Origin: a virus | Reading direction: 5' to 3' (one strand) | DNA length: 64,000 bases | Virus genome (UHGV): UHGV-0286546 | Part shown: positions 27,955-37,711 of the stretch, in pieces | Layout of the letters: each line of letters starts with the position of its first letter | How positions within the stretch are numbered: the stretch's first letter is position 1 | Program-made: the position numbers and the translations under genes | The notes under the pieces: generated by a model | What the model was told of the DNA's origin: nothing | Databases searched by the model: none | Seen by the model: only the letters and a program-made list of their open reading frames with translations

Positions 27955-29184
27955 ATGACAAAAATTACAGTACTTGATAATGGTTTTAAGATTATTACCG
28001 AAAAAAGAAATTTCAACAATGTTTCTATGGGTGTTTTTGTAAAGGTCGGGCTTTTTAATGAAACAGATGAAATGAATGGTATATCTCACTTTCTTGAACA
28101 CATGGCATTTAAAGGTACCAAAACCAAAACAGCTCAAGAATTAGTAGATAGTATTGAAAAACTCGGTGGTAATTGTAATGCATTCACCAGTACTACACAT
28201 ACAGCATATTTAGTTAACCTTCTTCCTGAGCATTGGAAAGCAGGTGTAGATTTCCTTTCTGATATTATTAAAAACTCTACTTTCCCAAAAGAAGAAATCG
28301 AAAGAGAACGAAATGTAATCCTTCAAGAAATTGCTATGTATGAAGATAATATCAGTAGTGTTAGTTGGAATGAAATCATTAGTAATGCCTTTAAAGGACA
28401 AGCTCTAGGTAGAAAAGTAATCGGTACAGAAGAAAACGTAAAACGATTTACTAGAAATGATTTAATTAAATATATGACAGATGGATATGTTGCCAATAAA
28501 ATGACTTTTTCTATTTGTGGTAATGTTAAACACGAAGAAGTTGTAAAATACGTAAAAGCTGCTTTTTCTAATTTAAATACAGAATTTAAGTTACAGGAAT
28601 TTTCTTCTAAATACAAATCACCTAAAAAGAGAAAAGAAATTGAAACCAAGTTTGATCAGGCACATGTTTGTTTGACTGTTCCTGGACGTAAAATGTTCGA
28701 AAGAAGTAATTATGTTCATTCCATTTTTAATAATATTCTTGATGGTGGTATGTCAACACGGTTGTTTCAAGAAGTACGTGAACGTAATGGATTAGGATAT
28801 GCAACTTCTACTATTGCAGAAAGTGAACCTAATACCGGTATTTATGGCGTTTGGGCAGCAGTTGATAAAGAAGACATTGAAAAAACAGTAGAAGTCTTAG
28901 GAGCCACATTTAAATCAATGATGCAAAATATTGGTGACGATGAGTTTGAAAAAGCCAAGAATATCACTTTATATAATCTTACAAGTAAAGAAGATGATTG
29001 TTATTCAGTAATGGATGCTAATGCAGTTTGTGGTATATTTGATAAGAAACGTAAATCATTAAAGACTAAAAAAGCAATCATTAATAAAATTACAAAGCAA
29101 GATGTTATTGAATATGCTAAATCTTTGTGTGATAAAAAAATGGATATTGTAATTGTTAAACCTAAAGTCGAAGAAAGGATTTAA
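27955..29184 (+). CDS. M16-family (pitrilysin/insulinase-like) zinc peptidase
   Basis: Inverted zinc motif HFLEHMAFKGT (HxxEH) near the N-terminus. Downstream conserved Glu in ERNVILQEI. About 410 aa, typical for a single M16 unit. Confidence 0.7.
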   Translation: MTKITVLDNGFKIITEKRNFNNVSMGVFVKVGLFNETDEMNGISHFLEHMAFKGTKTKTAQELVDSIEKLGGNCNAFTSTTHTAYLVNLLPEHWKAGVDFLSDIIKNSTFPKEEIERERNVILQEIAMYEDNISSVSWNEIISNAFKGQALGRKVIGTEENVKRFTRNDLIKYMTDGYVANKMTFSICGNVKHEEVVKYVKAAFSNLNTEFKLQEFSSKYKSPKKRKEIETKFDQAHVCLTVPGRKMFERSNYVHSIFNNILDGGMSTRLFQEVRERNGLGYATSTIAESEPNTGIYGVWAAVDKEDIEKTVEVLGATFKSMMQNIGDDEFEKAKNITLYNLTSKEDDCYSVMDANAVCGIFDKKRKSLKTKKAIINKITKQDVIEYAKSLCDKKMDIVIVKPKVEERI

Positions 29185-29186
29185 AA

Positions 29187-29903
29187 ATGAAAAAGGAAAA
29201 AACTTTGGAACCTAATGAATATTTTCATGGATTAAAAGATAAGATTCAAAAGACTGATTTGGCTACAATTGAAGAAGATATTAAGATGGTAACAAATCTC
29301 ATCGAAGAAGCTAAAGAAATTGGTCAAAATGCTCTTGCTAAAAACTATGAAGATCTAGCAATTACTTATTTTAAAGAAAGAGTCATTTTTAAGCATGGAT
29401 ATTCTAAATATGTTAAAAAAGATGATATTGAAAAATATATTAGAAATGTTAAAGATCAAGTAGTTAAAATTTGTGAATTGGAATTGTTTCCGAGGACTTT
29501 GCCTAAAGAAGTATCGGATAAGATTAAAGAGTTGAAAAAACTTAAAATCTTTGATGATATGTGGGTTGTTTTTATTGACTATGAACAAAAAGAAAACCTT
29601 ACAAAAGAAGAAAAGGAAATGAGATCAAAGAATAGAGACCCTATCCTTTTTGCTACTTTTGAAGAATGTATGGATCGCTTTTATTTCATTGCAGATTGGG
29701 ATGACGATATTTGTGATTTAAGATTTGAAGATATGGTTACAGAATTAAAGAAACTTGATAAAAAATACGCTGTTAAAGAGATCATTAAAGACGGCGAAAA
29801 ATATATGCAAGAATTAATTAAAGAGCGTAATCATAAACCGGTGAAACTTTCAGATAAGATTAAAGCAACATGGAAAAGTCTGTTAGATATTTGGAAGGAA
29901 TAA
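29187..29903 (+). CDS. hypothetical protein (238 aa)
   Basis: ORF coupled to the upstream gene. Confidence 0.55.
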   Translation: MKKEKTLEPNEYFHGLKDKIQKTDLATIEEDIKMVTNLIEEAKEIGQNALAKNYEDLAITYFKERVIFKHGYSKYVKKDDIEKYIRNVKDQVVKICELELFPRTLPKEVSDKIKELKKLKIFDDMWVVFIDYEQKENLTKEEKEMRSKNRDPILFATFEECMDRFYFIADWDDDICDLRFEDMVTELKKLDKKYAVKEIIKDGEKYMQELIKERNHKPVKLSDKIKATWKSLLDIWKE

Positions 29904-30835
29904 GCTTTGCGCGTGTAAAGGAGCGTTTTAATGATTATCTTCGGTGCAAAGAAGAATTGAAAGACAACACTAGAATGCTCCATTGTCTTGTTAAGAATAC
30001 TGGACAAATCGATGCGTTACTTGTACCTCATAATAAAGAATTTGCATCTCTCACTAAACACTGGGAACGCCTACCAGTAAACATTGATCGTACTATCGAT
30101 AATGTTTTTAAGAAATTAATATATAAAAAGTCTAAAACAGATGATCTAACTGAGATAATACGCGCTAATATACAGTTTCATGAGGATCATATGGCGCAAC
30201 AACTATATAATAGGACTATAAACGATGCTAGAGAAGAACGTCGTCGAAATTTAGAAATACAATTAGAAAATCCTGGTACAGTTGGTGTTTACAATGACAA
30301 TGACGAATTAATAGACGTTGTTGACAGTGAAGAATATGCAGAATACTTAGAAGCACATAAGAATTTTCAACGCTTTGGTTATTCTCATATTGAATTATTA
30401 CGACGTAAACAACTAGAATATTCTATCGAAGAAGGATCAATGTATAGACCAGATTTTAGTTATGAACAAAATAAATATATAAATAAGGAATTGTCACGAG
30501 ATAGTAAATTTTGGCATAAATTTCTAAAGAAGACAAGCCTGAATCAAATGTATTGCAAAGAATGTGGTATGCCAATAGACGATTGTGAAAGACACGTTTG
30601 TGATACATATGATATACCAACAAAAGTAGAACAAATCTTTACTAGACTGTCTATAAAACATTTTGTACAACCTAAGATGTTTGGGGTAAAGCGTTACGAA
30701 CTTTTAAGAAAGAAAGTAACTAAAATCACAATACCAGAAAATTATGAAATACCAGAATATAAAAAAGAAATATTAGCAATGAATGACATAAGACGTGATA
30801 ATTATAATCCAGAAGAAAATTTTAATATAGTATAA
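29870..30835 (+). CDS. hypothetical protein (321 aa)
   Basis: ORF. Contains a CKECGMPIDDCERHVC Cys cluster. Confidence 0.55.
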   Translation: MEKSVRYLEGISFARVKERFNDYLRCKEELKDNTRMLHCLVKNTGQIDALLVPHNKEFASLTKHWERLPVNIDRTIDNVFKKLIYKKSKTDDLTEIIRANIQFHEDHMAQQLYNRTINDAREERRRNLEIQLENPGTVGVYNDNDELIDVVDSEEYAEYLEAHKNFQRFGYSHIELLRRKQLEYSIEEGSMYRPDFSYEQNKYINKELSRDSKFWHKFLKKTSLNQMYCKECGMPIDDCERHVCDTYDIPTKVEQIFTRLSIKHFVQPKMFGVKRYELLRKKVTKITIPENYEIPEYKKEILAMNDIRRDNYNPEENFNIV

Positions 30836-30903
30836 AATCGGTTTTATTTATTGATAATATAAGTTATAATAAAGATGTTTTAAAAATTAAGAAAGGGAAT
30901 AAA

Positions 30904-31470
30904 ATGTTCAAATCCAAGACTAGCGTTTTGCTTACAACAATTTTTGGGGTTTTGTTTATCGCAGGATTTTGGCTTGTAAGCACTTATGTTTCAACTGTAA
31001 ATAAAGAAGTTGATTTGTTTTCGATGATTACAGAAAAACAGAAAAGTAATCAACAGATTCATGATAAGATGTGGAAGATTATTCAGCAGAGTGGTAATAT
31101 TGCGGAAAAGGAAAAAGAGGCTTTTATGTCTGTAGTAACTGCATATATGGCACCACGTGAAGGAAATACACTTGATGGTCGTGGCTCTTTCATGAGTATG
31201 CTTAAGGAAGCTTATCCTAATACTTTGCCAGAATTAAACTATACAAATGTACTTAATGTAATGGAAGCAGGAAGAGCAGAATTTCAACGTAATATGACTG
31301 AGTTGTTTGATATTTGTAGAGAATATACTCGTTTGACCGAACGTATTCCTACCAAATGGTTTGTAAATGCTCGTCCAGAAAAAGCAGAACTTTGTAAAAC
31401 AGTTACATCTACTCGTACCGTTAAATCCTTTGATACGGGTGTAGACGATAACGTAGGTATTGATTGGTAA
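30904..31470 (+). CDS. LemA-like membrane protein
   Basis: N-terminal TM helix followed by a soluble domain of LemA-like length. Family resemblance only. Confidence 0.4.
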   Translation: MFKSKTSVLLTTIFGVLFIAGFWLVSTYVSTVNKEVDLFSMITEKQKSNQQIHDKMWKIIQQSGNIAEKEKEAFMSVVTAYMAPREGNTLDGRGSFMSMLKEAYPNTLPELNYTNVLNVMEAGRAEFQRNMTELFDICREYTRLTERIPTKWFVNARPEKAELCKTVTSTRTVKSFDTGVDDNVGIDW

Positions 31471-31535
31471 TTTAATTTTTCCATCAGGTTTGGCGGAACC
31501 TTAAAAACCGCCTTTTCTTTTCAGAAAGGGATAGC

Positions 31536-32651
31536 ATGCAGTTTATTTGTTTATTAGCTTTTGCAAACTTAATTTTCGGGTTTGTATTCGCATATCGTTC
31601 AAGAAGAATTACATACGGCGAATTTTTTCTAGTTTCTGTTGTAGTATGGCTTTTGATGTCTTTAGTATATGGCATTTATTATAAGATTCGCATTAGTGAT
31701 AATAAATTCATAAACGATAGAGTGATTTCTATGAGATATGAAGGTCCGTGGGTATCACATTATACTTGTTGTAAACGTCATGCTACACGCTGTCATGGAT
31801 CGGGTAAACATAGAACGTGTACTACATATTGCGCATGGTGGGGAACTTGTTATAAATCAGAAGGTGATTATAGCGAATATACATTAGAAAAATACGGTAC
31901 ACATCGATTGCCTAATGAAAAATTACACGAGCTAAAAGATTTATACTTTAGTGGTCCAGAAGTAGTCAAAGGGTCTAGACCAAGTTATACGAGCGGTGAT
32001 AAAAACGATTATATTTGGAAAATCAGACCAGGTAAAATTGCACCTTGGACTGGAACAGTATCTTATAAAAACTATGTTGGACCGAGTGAAAATATAATTA
32101 AAGGTAATTCAAATATAGGCGAAGAGGTAGAGAAACATCCGGCTAAATATTTCTTTGAGGGTTTTACATTCAATAAAGTTATCGGTGTAAATTTAGATCA
32201 AACAAAATTGGCTATTCTCAATTCGTCTCTGGAATCTGATGCAAATATTATTGTTTATGGATTTAAAGATGGAACCTTATCTCAATGCGAAAATTTGAGA
32301 GCCAAATGGATTGGAGGCAAAATAAATGATTTGGTATTTTGTATTATTCATGATGATGTTACAATTACAAGAGCAAAAGTATTTGGTTGGACAGAAAGTG
32401 AAATTGTTAAAACCAAATTACAGTCCGAATTAGTTAATTTAAAGTTAAAGGATTTCTATAATAAAGCTAATAAATTTAAAGAAATAATTGATAAAGAATA
32501 TATCTCAAATACAATGGAAAAGTATAATTACCTCTCCGTTAAAATTAGAGGTTGGGATTATGTATTGTTTATATTCTTTTTCTTGGCTTTTGCGACTGTC
32601 GGTTGGATTTTAATGTATATTAATGATATATGGGATGATAGAAGATTCTAG
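31536..32651 (+). CDS. membrane protein with N- and C-terminal TM segments and Cys/His-rich ectodomain
   Basis: Two N-terminal TM helices and one C-terminal TM. CCKRHATRCHGSGKHRTCTTYCAWWGTC cluster. Confidence 0.55.
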   Translation: MQFICLLAFANLIFGFVFAYRSRRITYGEFFLVSVVVWLLMSLVYGIYYKIRISDNKFINDRVISMRYEGPWVSHYTCCKRHATRCHGSGKHRTCTTYCAWWGTCYKSEGDYSEYTLEKYGTHRLPNEKLHELKDLYFSGPEVVKGSRPSYTSGDKNDYIWKIRPGKIAPWTGTVSYKNYVGPSENIIKGNSNIGEEVEKHPAKYFFEGFTFNKVIGVNLDQTKLAILNSSLESDANIIVYGFKDGTLSQCENLRAKWIGGKINDLVFCIIHDDVTITRAKVFGWTESEIVKTKLQSELVNLKLKDFYNKANKFKEIIDKEYISNTMEKYNYLSVKIRGWDYVLFIFFFLAFATVGWILMYINDIWDDRRF

Positions 32652-32661
32652 TAAGTTATCT

Positions 32662-32692
32662 GTTTTACATATATAGCTAATTGTGTCATAAT
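32662..32692 (+). promoter_or_regulatory. sigma70-like promoter (cTGTTTTACA-N17-CATAAT)
   Basis: TTTACA at 32664-32669 and CATAAT at 32687-32692. Confidence 0.5.
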
Positions 32693-32724
32693 ATATAATA
32701 TAAGGTTATGATGGAGAGTTTGTT

Positions 32725-33408
32725 ATGACTAATGTATTTAAATATGGCATTTTAATTCTGTTATCAGTATTTTCATTTGATGTATTGGCAGAAGAACCGA
32801 CACCTAAAAAGAAAGATACCTTTTTGTTGCTGCAATGTGAAAATCATCACAAGCGAGTACACAATAGGTTAAGAAATATTAATAATGATTTAGTAGGTGC
32901 TGATTATTGGACAATTACTAATAACGATGGATTCTATTATGTTCCTTTCGGTGTTAATTGGGAAGATGTAGAAGAAGCTTGTTATGCTTATCCTGTATAT
33001 ATTGAAATCGCTACATATAATCGATCGGTTTCTTATGCTGATGCCAGAGAATGTAAAGAAGGTATATATGGAAGAGGTAAAAAATATAAACGAGATAGCC
33101 ACGGTGGTTTTTTTGAAGGTGTGTTTACAAATAGCTTTATTCCAGCAACTGAAACTTGTAATATTCAGGTAAAATATCGGTATGTTGATGGAACAGCTCT
33201 AAAGTTGCAAGCTACCGAAAAAAGAACTTGTGCATTAGCGAAATTGCATTTTTATAACCTTATTACAGATTCAGGTTATGGAAAAGAAGGTTGGCATAGG
33301 AATTGGCAAGACTTGAAATGTAAAGAAATTACTATAGAAACCTTTGAATTAAAAACTGGAATTTCTGTAAGAGAATTAAGACAAACTGTTGCAAAGGAAA
33401 TATTATAA
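32725..33408 (+). CDS. secreted protein (signal peptide)
   Basis: N-terminal MTNVFKYGILILLSVFSFDVLA|EEP is a signal-peptide-like sequence. Confidence 0.55.
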   Translation: MTNVFKYGILILLSVFSFDVLAEEPTPKKKDTFLLLQCENHHKRVHNRLRNINNDLVGADYWTITNNDGFYYVPFGVNWEDVEEACYAYPVYIEIATYNRSVSYADARECKEGIYGRGKKYKRDSHGGFFEGVFTNSFIPATETCNIQVKYRYVDGTALKLQATEKRTCALAKLHFYNLITDSGYGKEGWHRNWQDLKCKEITIETFELKTGISVRELRQTVAKEIL

Positions 33409-33971
33409 TGGTAGATATGCCAGAATATTTATATCTTAGACCGAATTGTCATATTGAAAAGGGTCCAGGTAATCTTAAAGTAATTCCAGCTATACTTAAA
33501 ATTAATAAAGAAATTGAAAGTGTAGAAGAATTTGAAGACATTTGTACATATTATCGTATACAAGGTGCAAATTTATATCTGCACGATTACAATCTTAGAA
33601 TCGATAATATTATGAGGGATTTATCTAAAACGAAAATGGCTCTCATTACAAATTATTCTAGTCCTAACAACTTTGCATTTAGTAGAAAAACTTTTATTAA
33701 AAATCAACACGACAGAGTTTATTTGTATGAAGTTGTTGGAATTGGAATGGATAACCCGAATTTAGAAAAAATAAATAAAAAGAGAAAGGAAAGAAGTGAT
33801 AATTTAAAAGAAATAATTAAAGCATCTAAATATTTAAAACAAGTCACAAATGACACTATAACATTAGATGAAAACAAATTATATGAACTTATAGTAGAAG
33901 AACAAAAAGACAATAAAATAATATCAGATATTTTAAAGAAAAGATATAAGATAATATTTAATATTAGATGA
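33408..33971 (+). CDS. hypothetical protein
   Basis: ORF whose ATG overlaps the upstream stop. Confidence 0.55.
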   Translation: MVDMPEYLYLRPNCHIEKGPGNLKVIPAILKINKEIESVEEFEDICTYYRIQGANLYLHDYNLRIDNIMRDLSKTKMALITNYSSPNNFAFSRKTFIKNQHDRVYLYEVVGIGMDNPNLEKINKKRKERSDNLKEIIKASKYLKQVTNDTITLDENKLYELIVEEQKDNKIISDILKKRYKIIFNIR

Positions 33972-33978
33972 GAATAAA

Positions 33979-34197
33979 ATGAAGAAGAATATTGAATATA
34001 ACGAAGACGGTGCTGCTCCTTGTAAACATTGTAAACGTAATAAAATTAAAAGCTATCCATATATAAGTCAAGTAGACGATTTATATTATGCAAAATGTCC
34101 GCATTGTAATCATTTCGATCCTTATGAATTTTTAGGAATATCCAAGAAACGCGCAATCGAACATTGGAATGAAACTATGGAAGCAGGGGTAAAATAA
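33979..34197 (+). CDS. small zinc-ribbon protein, Lar-like (restriction-alleviation family resemblance)
   Basis: CKHC…CPHC double CxxC in about 70 aa. Confidence 0.4.
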   Translation: MKKNIEYNEDGAAPCKHCKRNKIKSYPYISQVDDLYYAKCPHCNHFDPYEFLGISKKRAIEHWNETMEAGVK

Positions 34198-34230
34198 AAG
34201 GGGGATTGTTTATTTCCCCCTTCTTTTATA
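34197..34230. terminator. bidirectional terminator (aaggggga-N8-tccccctt) between convergent genes
   Basis: Perfect 8-bp stem flanked by A/T runs on both strands. Confidence 0.65.
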
Positions 34231-34681
34231 TATCAATAACTGCAACACTTGCTTCTTCTGCTAATTTTAATGATAACTCTAAATTGTCTTTCCAAAATTG
34301 TGATACAGCATTAAGATCACTTGAATTTCTATAGTAAACTAGTTTTATGCCAGATTGAATAATAAGTGACATACAATGCACGCACGGAGGATAACCATAA
34401 ACGAAAATAGAACAATCTGTCAAATCTTGTTTTGCATGTAATATCGCATTTTCTTCAGCGTGTAACATTAGCATACGTTTCATTTCTTTATCTTGTAAAC
34501 GCTCTTCCGAATCAACAATACCTTTTGCAAAACCATTAAAGCCGGTACTTATAATTCTTTTGTTTTTATCTACGATTACAGCGCCAATTTTACGACTTGG
34601 ATCTTTAGACATAGTAGAAACAGTCTTAGCAATAGTCATAAAGTGCTCAAGCCACTGTAATTCTCTTTTATATTTTTCCAT
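34226..34681 (-). CDS. dCMP deaminase (deoxycytidylate deaminase)
   Basis: Zinc-binding HAEENAI and PCVHC motifs of the cytidine/dCMP deaminase family. Size about 150 aa. Confidence 0.8.
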   Translation of the reverse strand: MEKYKRELQWLEHFMTIAKTVSTMSKDPSRKIGAVIVDKNKRIISTGFNGFAKGIVDSEERLQDKEMKRMLMLHAEENAILHAKQDLTDCSIFVYGYPPCVHCMSLIIQSGIKLVYYRNSSDLNAVSQFWKDNLELSLKLAEEASVAVIDI

Positions 34682-34698
34682 AGTTACCTCTTATTTTT

Positions 34699-34729
34699 GT
34701 TTTACATCATTTATTTTATATGACATACT
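34699..34729 (+). promoter_or_regulatory. promoter-like (tTGTTTTACA-N17-CATACT, with ATGACATA box)
   Basis: Shares the tgacata element with the 9430 and 9929 elements. Confidence 0.4.
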
Positions 34730-34759
34730 TTACATAAAGTAAAGCAAAAAGGTAATCAA

Positions 34760-35056
34760 ATGGTTAAATGGTATATAAATACAGTTTATGACGGTCAGGA
34801 AAAAATAAGCGAATGTGGTTATTTTTTATGTAATTCGTTTCATAATTCAATTAAAAAGACTAATGGTATTTATTTTTCCTTTGCTGATTTGGATTACTGT
34901 GTTATTAAAGATTCACTTATAGCCGGAAGCTTAGGTAAAACTAAAGACATTTTACGGGTATTGAAATGGATTGTTGATAATAAATTTGATTGCTCACAAA
35001 AAGTAATAGATAAGTTTCTTAAGAAGACTTTAGATTATACGGAGAAACATCAATGA
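34760..35056 (+). CDS. hypothetical protein
   Basis: ORF only. Confidence 0.5.
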   Translation: MVKWYINTVYDGQEKISECGYFLCNSFHNSIKKTNGIYFSFADLDYCVIKDSLIAGSLGKTKDILRVLKWIVDNKFDCSQKVIDKFLKKTLDYTEKHQ

Positions 35057-37002
35057 ATGAAAACATTAAAAAAATTTTAGAAAAATGTAATGAACAATAT
35101 TCTAATGGTCTTCTTTATAAGTTAACTAAAGAAGATGTTTTAGTCATTTCAGAAGATTTGTTGCTAGATTTAGAAGAAGATGAAGTAACAGATGAAATCT
35201 ATGATATTCTGTACTACACTGCTAAATCAAAATACCCAACAGATCTTTTCTTTACAAAACTGACATCTAATAATACGGGTTACGGTGAAGAGATTGTTCA
35301 CGAAATACCAATGGGAAGTATGGATGAGTTAAAAGCAGGCGATTGGGAAAAATGGAGTAAAGGTCATAAGAAGTTTGTACTTTCTGATAAATTAGATGGA
35401 TGCTCAATTATCCTTACCTATGAAAACGGTGAATTAAAAACCGCTGCAACAAGAGGTAGAGGTTTAAAAGGTAAAGATATTATGCGTCATGTAAAATTAA
35501 TTGGAAGTATTAAAAAAACAATTCCTTATAAAGATAAAGTTATTGTTCGTGGCGAATTACTTTTTAAAAAGTCTATGATCGATTGGTTAATAGGCGAAGT
35601 TAAAGAAACTACTGGCAAAGTTTATAAAAATGGTCGTAATATGATTGCCGGCTTATTAAATAGTAAAGAAGCTTCTTATGATCTTGCTAATGCGAATTTT
35701 ATTGCATATTGGACTTCTTTGCATTTTGGTAATTCTTTTAAATTTTTAAATGAACAAGGTTTCGAGGTTGCTTATAATCATGAAATCTATAGAAATTGGG
35801 AAGAAAAAGATTCAGAAGGTAAGGTTATTCAAAAAGAACTTACTGATGCTGATTTAATTTCTATGGTAAAGACTAGACTTGCAAATTCAAACTATGAATT
35901 AGACGGTATTATTCTTACTCAGTTAGATAATGTCGAAGAAGGTTTTGAAACCGGTACCATTAATCCAAAAGCAAGTCGTAAATTTAAGATCGGTATTTAT
36001 AATAATATTGCAGAATCTGTAGTTACAAATATTAAATGGCAAGTCTCTAAATTTGGTATCTTTACTCCTGTAATTGAAATTGAACCAAAAGAAGTAAGTG
36101 GTTGTACTGTCACAAATATCACTGCTCATAACTATAAAAATCTTATAACTAAAAAATGTGGTGTTGGTTCAAAGATTAAATTCTGTAGAGCAGGTTTAGT
36201 TATTCCATATTTGATGCAAGTACTTACTCCTTCAGAAAATTACAATTTACCGAATGTTAAAACGAGAACGGAAGGTGTTGATCTTATTCTCGACGATTAT
36301 GATCTAAATGAATACTCTTGTGAAACATTTATTCAATCTATGGTTTATTTTGGTAGAAAATTGGATATTGATCAGATGGGGTATGGTAATTGCTCAACCC
36401 TATTTTGGGAATGTATGAAGGATAATTTAGTACTCGATGCATTTGAGTTTTTAGGACTTCCAGAAGGTTTAATTTCTGATATATTAGGGAAGAATGGTGA
36501 AAAGCTTGAAGCTAGCTTAAAAGCCAAAAAAACAACCTCTACGGAAGCTCAGGTTTGTGCTGCGTTGAGTGTATTTGGAAAAGGTATTGGAGAAGCTGTT
36601 TTAAATAAAGTTTATTCCAAATATAATACATTGTTTGTAACAGAAGAACAACTTAATGCTCTGGAAGATTTTGGCGATGTAAGAATAGCGCAGTATTTAA
36701 ATGGAATTGAATCCTGGAAAACCATTCGTGAATTATTAATTAAAATAGGCTGGGTATTCAAAGAACCAAAAAATAAAGATGTAAGTGGACCAGTTGTATG
36801 TTTTTCTGGAATTCGTGATAAACAATTTGCAGCTTACCTAGAAGAAAACGGCGGAACTACTACCGATAGCTGGAAAAGCAGTGTAACACATTTAGTAGTA
36901 AAGGATAAAAACGGTAATTCTAGTAAAATTAAAAAGGCATTAGAAAAAAATATACCAATTTTAACCCTGGACGAAGCAAAAACATTATTTGGAGAAAAAT
37001 AA
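35053..37002 (+). CDS. ligA: NAD+-dependent DNA ligase (LigA-type)
   Basis: Adenylation motif KLDGCSI followed by AATRGRGLKGKDI (compare LigA KLDGLA…ATRGDGxxGEDIT). C-terminal BRCT-like VVCFSGIRD. About 650 aa. Confidence 0.75.
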   Translation: MNENIKKILEKCNEQYSNGLLYKLTKEDVLVISEDLLLDLEEDEVTDEIYDILYYTAKSKYPTDLFFTKLTSNNTGYGEEIVHEIPMGSMDELKAGDWEKWSKGHKKFVLSDKLDGCSIILTYENGELKTAATRGRGLKGKDIMRHVKLIGSIKKTIPYKDKVIVRGELLFKKSMIDWLIGEVKETTGKVYKNGRNMIAGLLNSKEASYDLANANFIAYWTSLHFGNSFKFLNEQGFEVAYNHEIYRNWEEKDSEGKVIQKELTDADLISMVKTRLANSNYELDGIILTQLDNVEEGFETGTINPKASRKFKIGIYNNIAESVVTNIKWQVSKFGIFTPVIEIEPKEVSGCTVTNITAHNYKNLITKKCGVGSKIKFCRAGLVIPYLMQVLTPSENYNLPNVKTRTEGVDLILDDYDLNEYSCETFIQSMVYFGRKLDIDQMGYGNCSTLFWECMKDNLVLDAFEFLGLPEGLISDILGKNGEKLEASLKAKKTTSTEAQVCAALSVFGKGIGEAVLNKVYSKYNTLFVTEEQLNALEDFGDVRIAQYLNGIESWKTIRELLIKIGWVFKEPKNKDVSGPVVCFSGIRDKQFAAYLEENGGTTTDSWKSSVTHLVVKDKNGNSSKIKKALEKNIPILTLDEAKTLFGEK

Positions 37003-37008
37003 ACGAAA

Positions 37009-37335
37009 ATGCAAAAACCTGATTTTTTATCTTTTCGACATAATGATGCTGTAACAATACAAGATCTTCCCATAACTACCAGCGAAGTTGTCTTAAACGA
37101 ATGGAGGGATATAACGCTTTCGAATCAAGTTGTTACTTTTGATGATTTGACATCAGGAGAAAAAGTATATAAAGCTTTATTTATACATCTTTGTCGAATT
37201 CATCCAGAAAAAGAAGAAGACTATAAGACGTTACTGAAAATTTATAATGAAGATTACAGATTAACAGCCATAACTATTGAAAATGAAAATATGAAACAAA
37301 CATTAAATAAATTGAAAGAGACATTCGATGAATAA
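37009..37335 (+). CDS. family variant (…YKTLLKIYNEDYRLTAITIEN…)
   Basis: TLLxxYNxDYR box. Paralogous to the 37328 gene. Confidence 0.55.
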   Translation: MQKPDFLSFRHNDAVTIQDLPITTSEVVLNEWRDITLSNQVVTFDDLTSGEKVYKALFIHLCRIHPEKEEDYKTLLKIYNEDYRLTAITIENENMKQTLNKLKETFDE

Positions 37336-37612
37336 TCATTTTGGAACAATGCCATATAATCCAAATTTTGCTTGTGACACAACTCCTGGCGCTAACGAAT
37401 CTTATGAAATATCACCGTTAGACATACAAATCTGCTATAAAAAGTTATTTGATATTTATAAAGGAGCTTTTCCGAATCAGGAAGGTGAATTTATAACGTT
37501 ACTTCGTTTATATAATGGAGATTATAGACGTGCAGTAATTACTATTGAAACTAAGTTACTAGAAAAAGAAGCAACTGAGATGAACGAATTGTTTGGAGCC
37601 AAGTTACCATAA
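37328..37612 (+). CDS. family variant (…FITLLRLYNGDYRRAVITIETK…)
   Basis: Paralogous to the 37009 gene. Confidence 0.55.
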   Translation: MNNHFGTMPYNPNFACDTTPGANESYEISPLDIQICYKKLFDIYKGAFPNQEGEFITLLRLYNGDYRRAVITIETKLLEKEATEMNELFGAKLP

Positions 37613-37615
37613 ATT

Positions 37616-37646
37616 TGCTTTACAAAACACTTTCCTTATGTTATTA
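37616..37646 (+). promoter_or_regulatory. sigma70-like promoter (tTGCTTTACA-N17-TATTAT)
   Basis: TTTACA at 37618-37623 and TATTAT at 37641-37646. Confidence 0.5.
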
Positions 37647-37711
37647 TAAAAGTATGATAAAAATAAATTTATCATATTTTAGAAAAGGAAATAAAATAAG
37701 GAATAAAAATC

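Noticed and set aside
34729-34757. Second TTTACA 20 nt before the 34760 start as a promoter
   Set aside because: No acceptable -10 hexamer follows at 16-18 nt. The upstream TTTACA at 34701 fits better.
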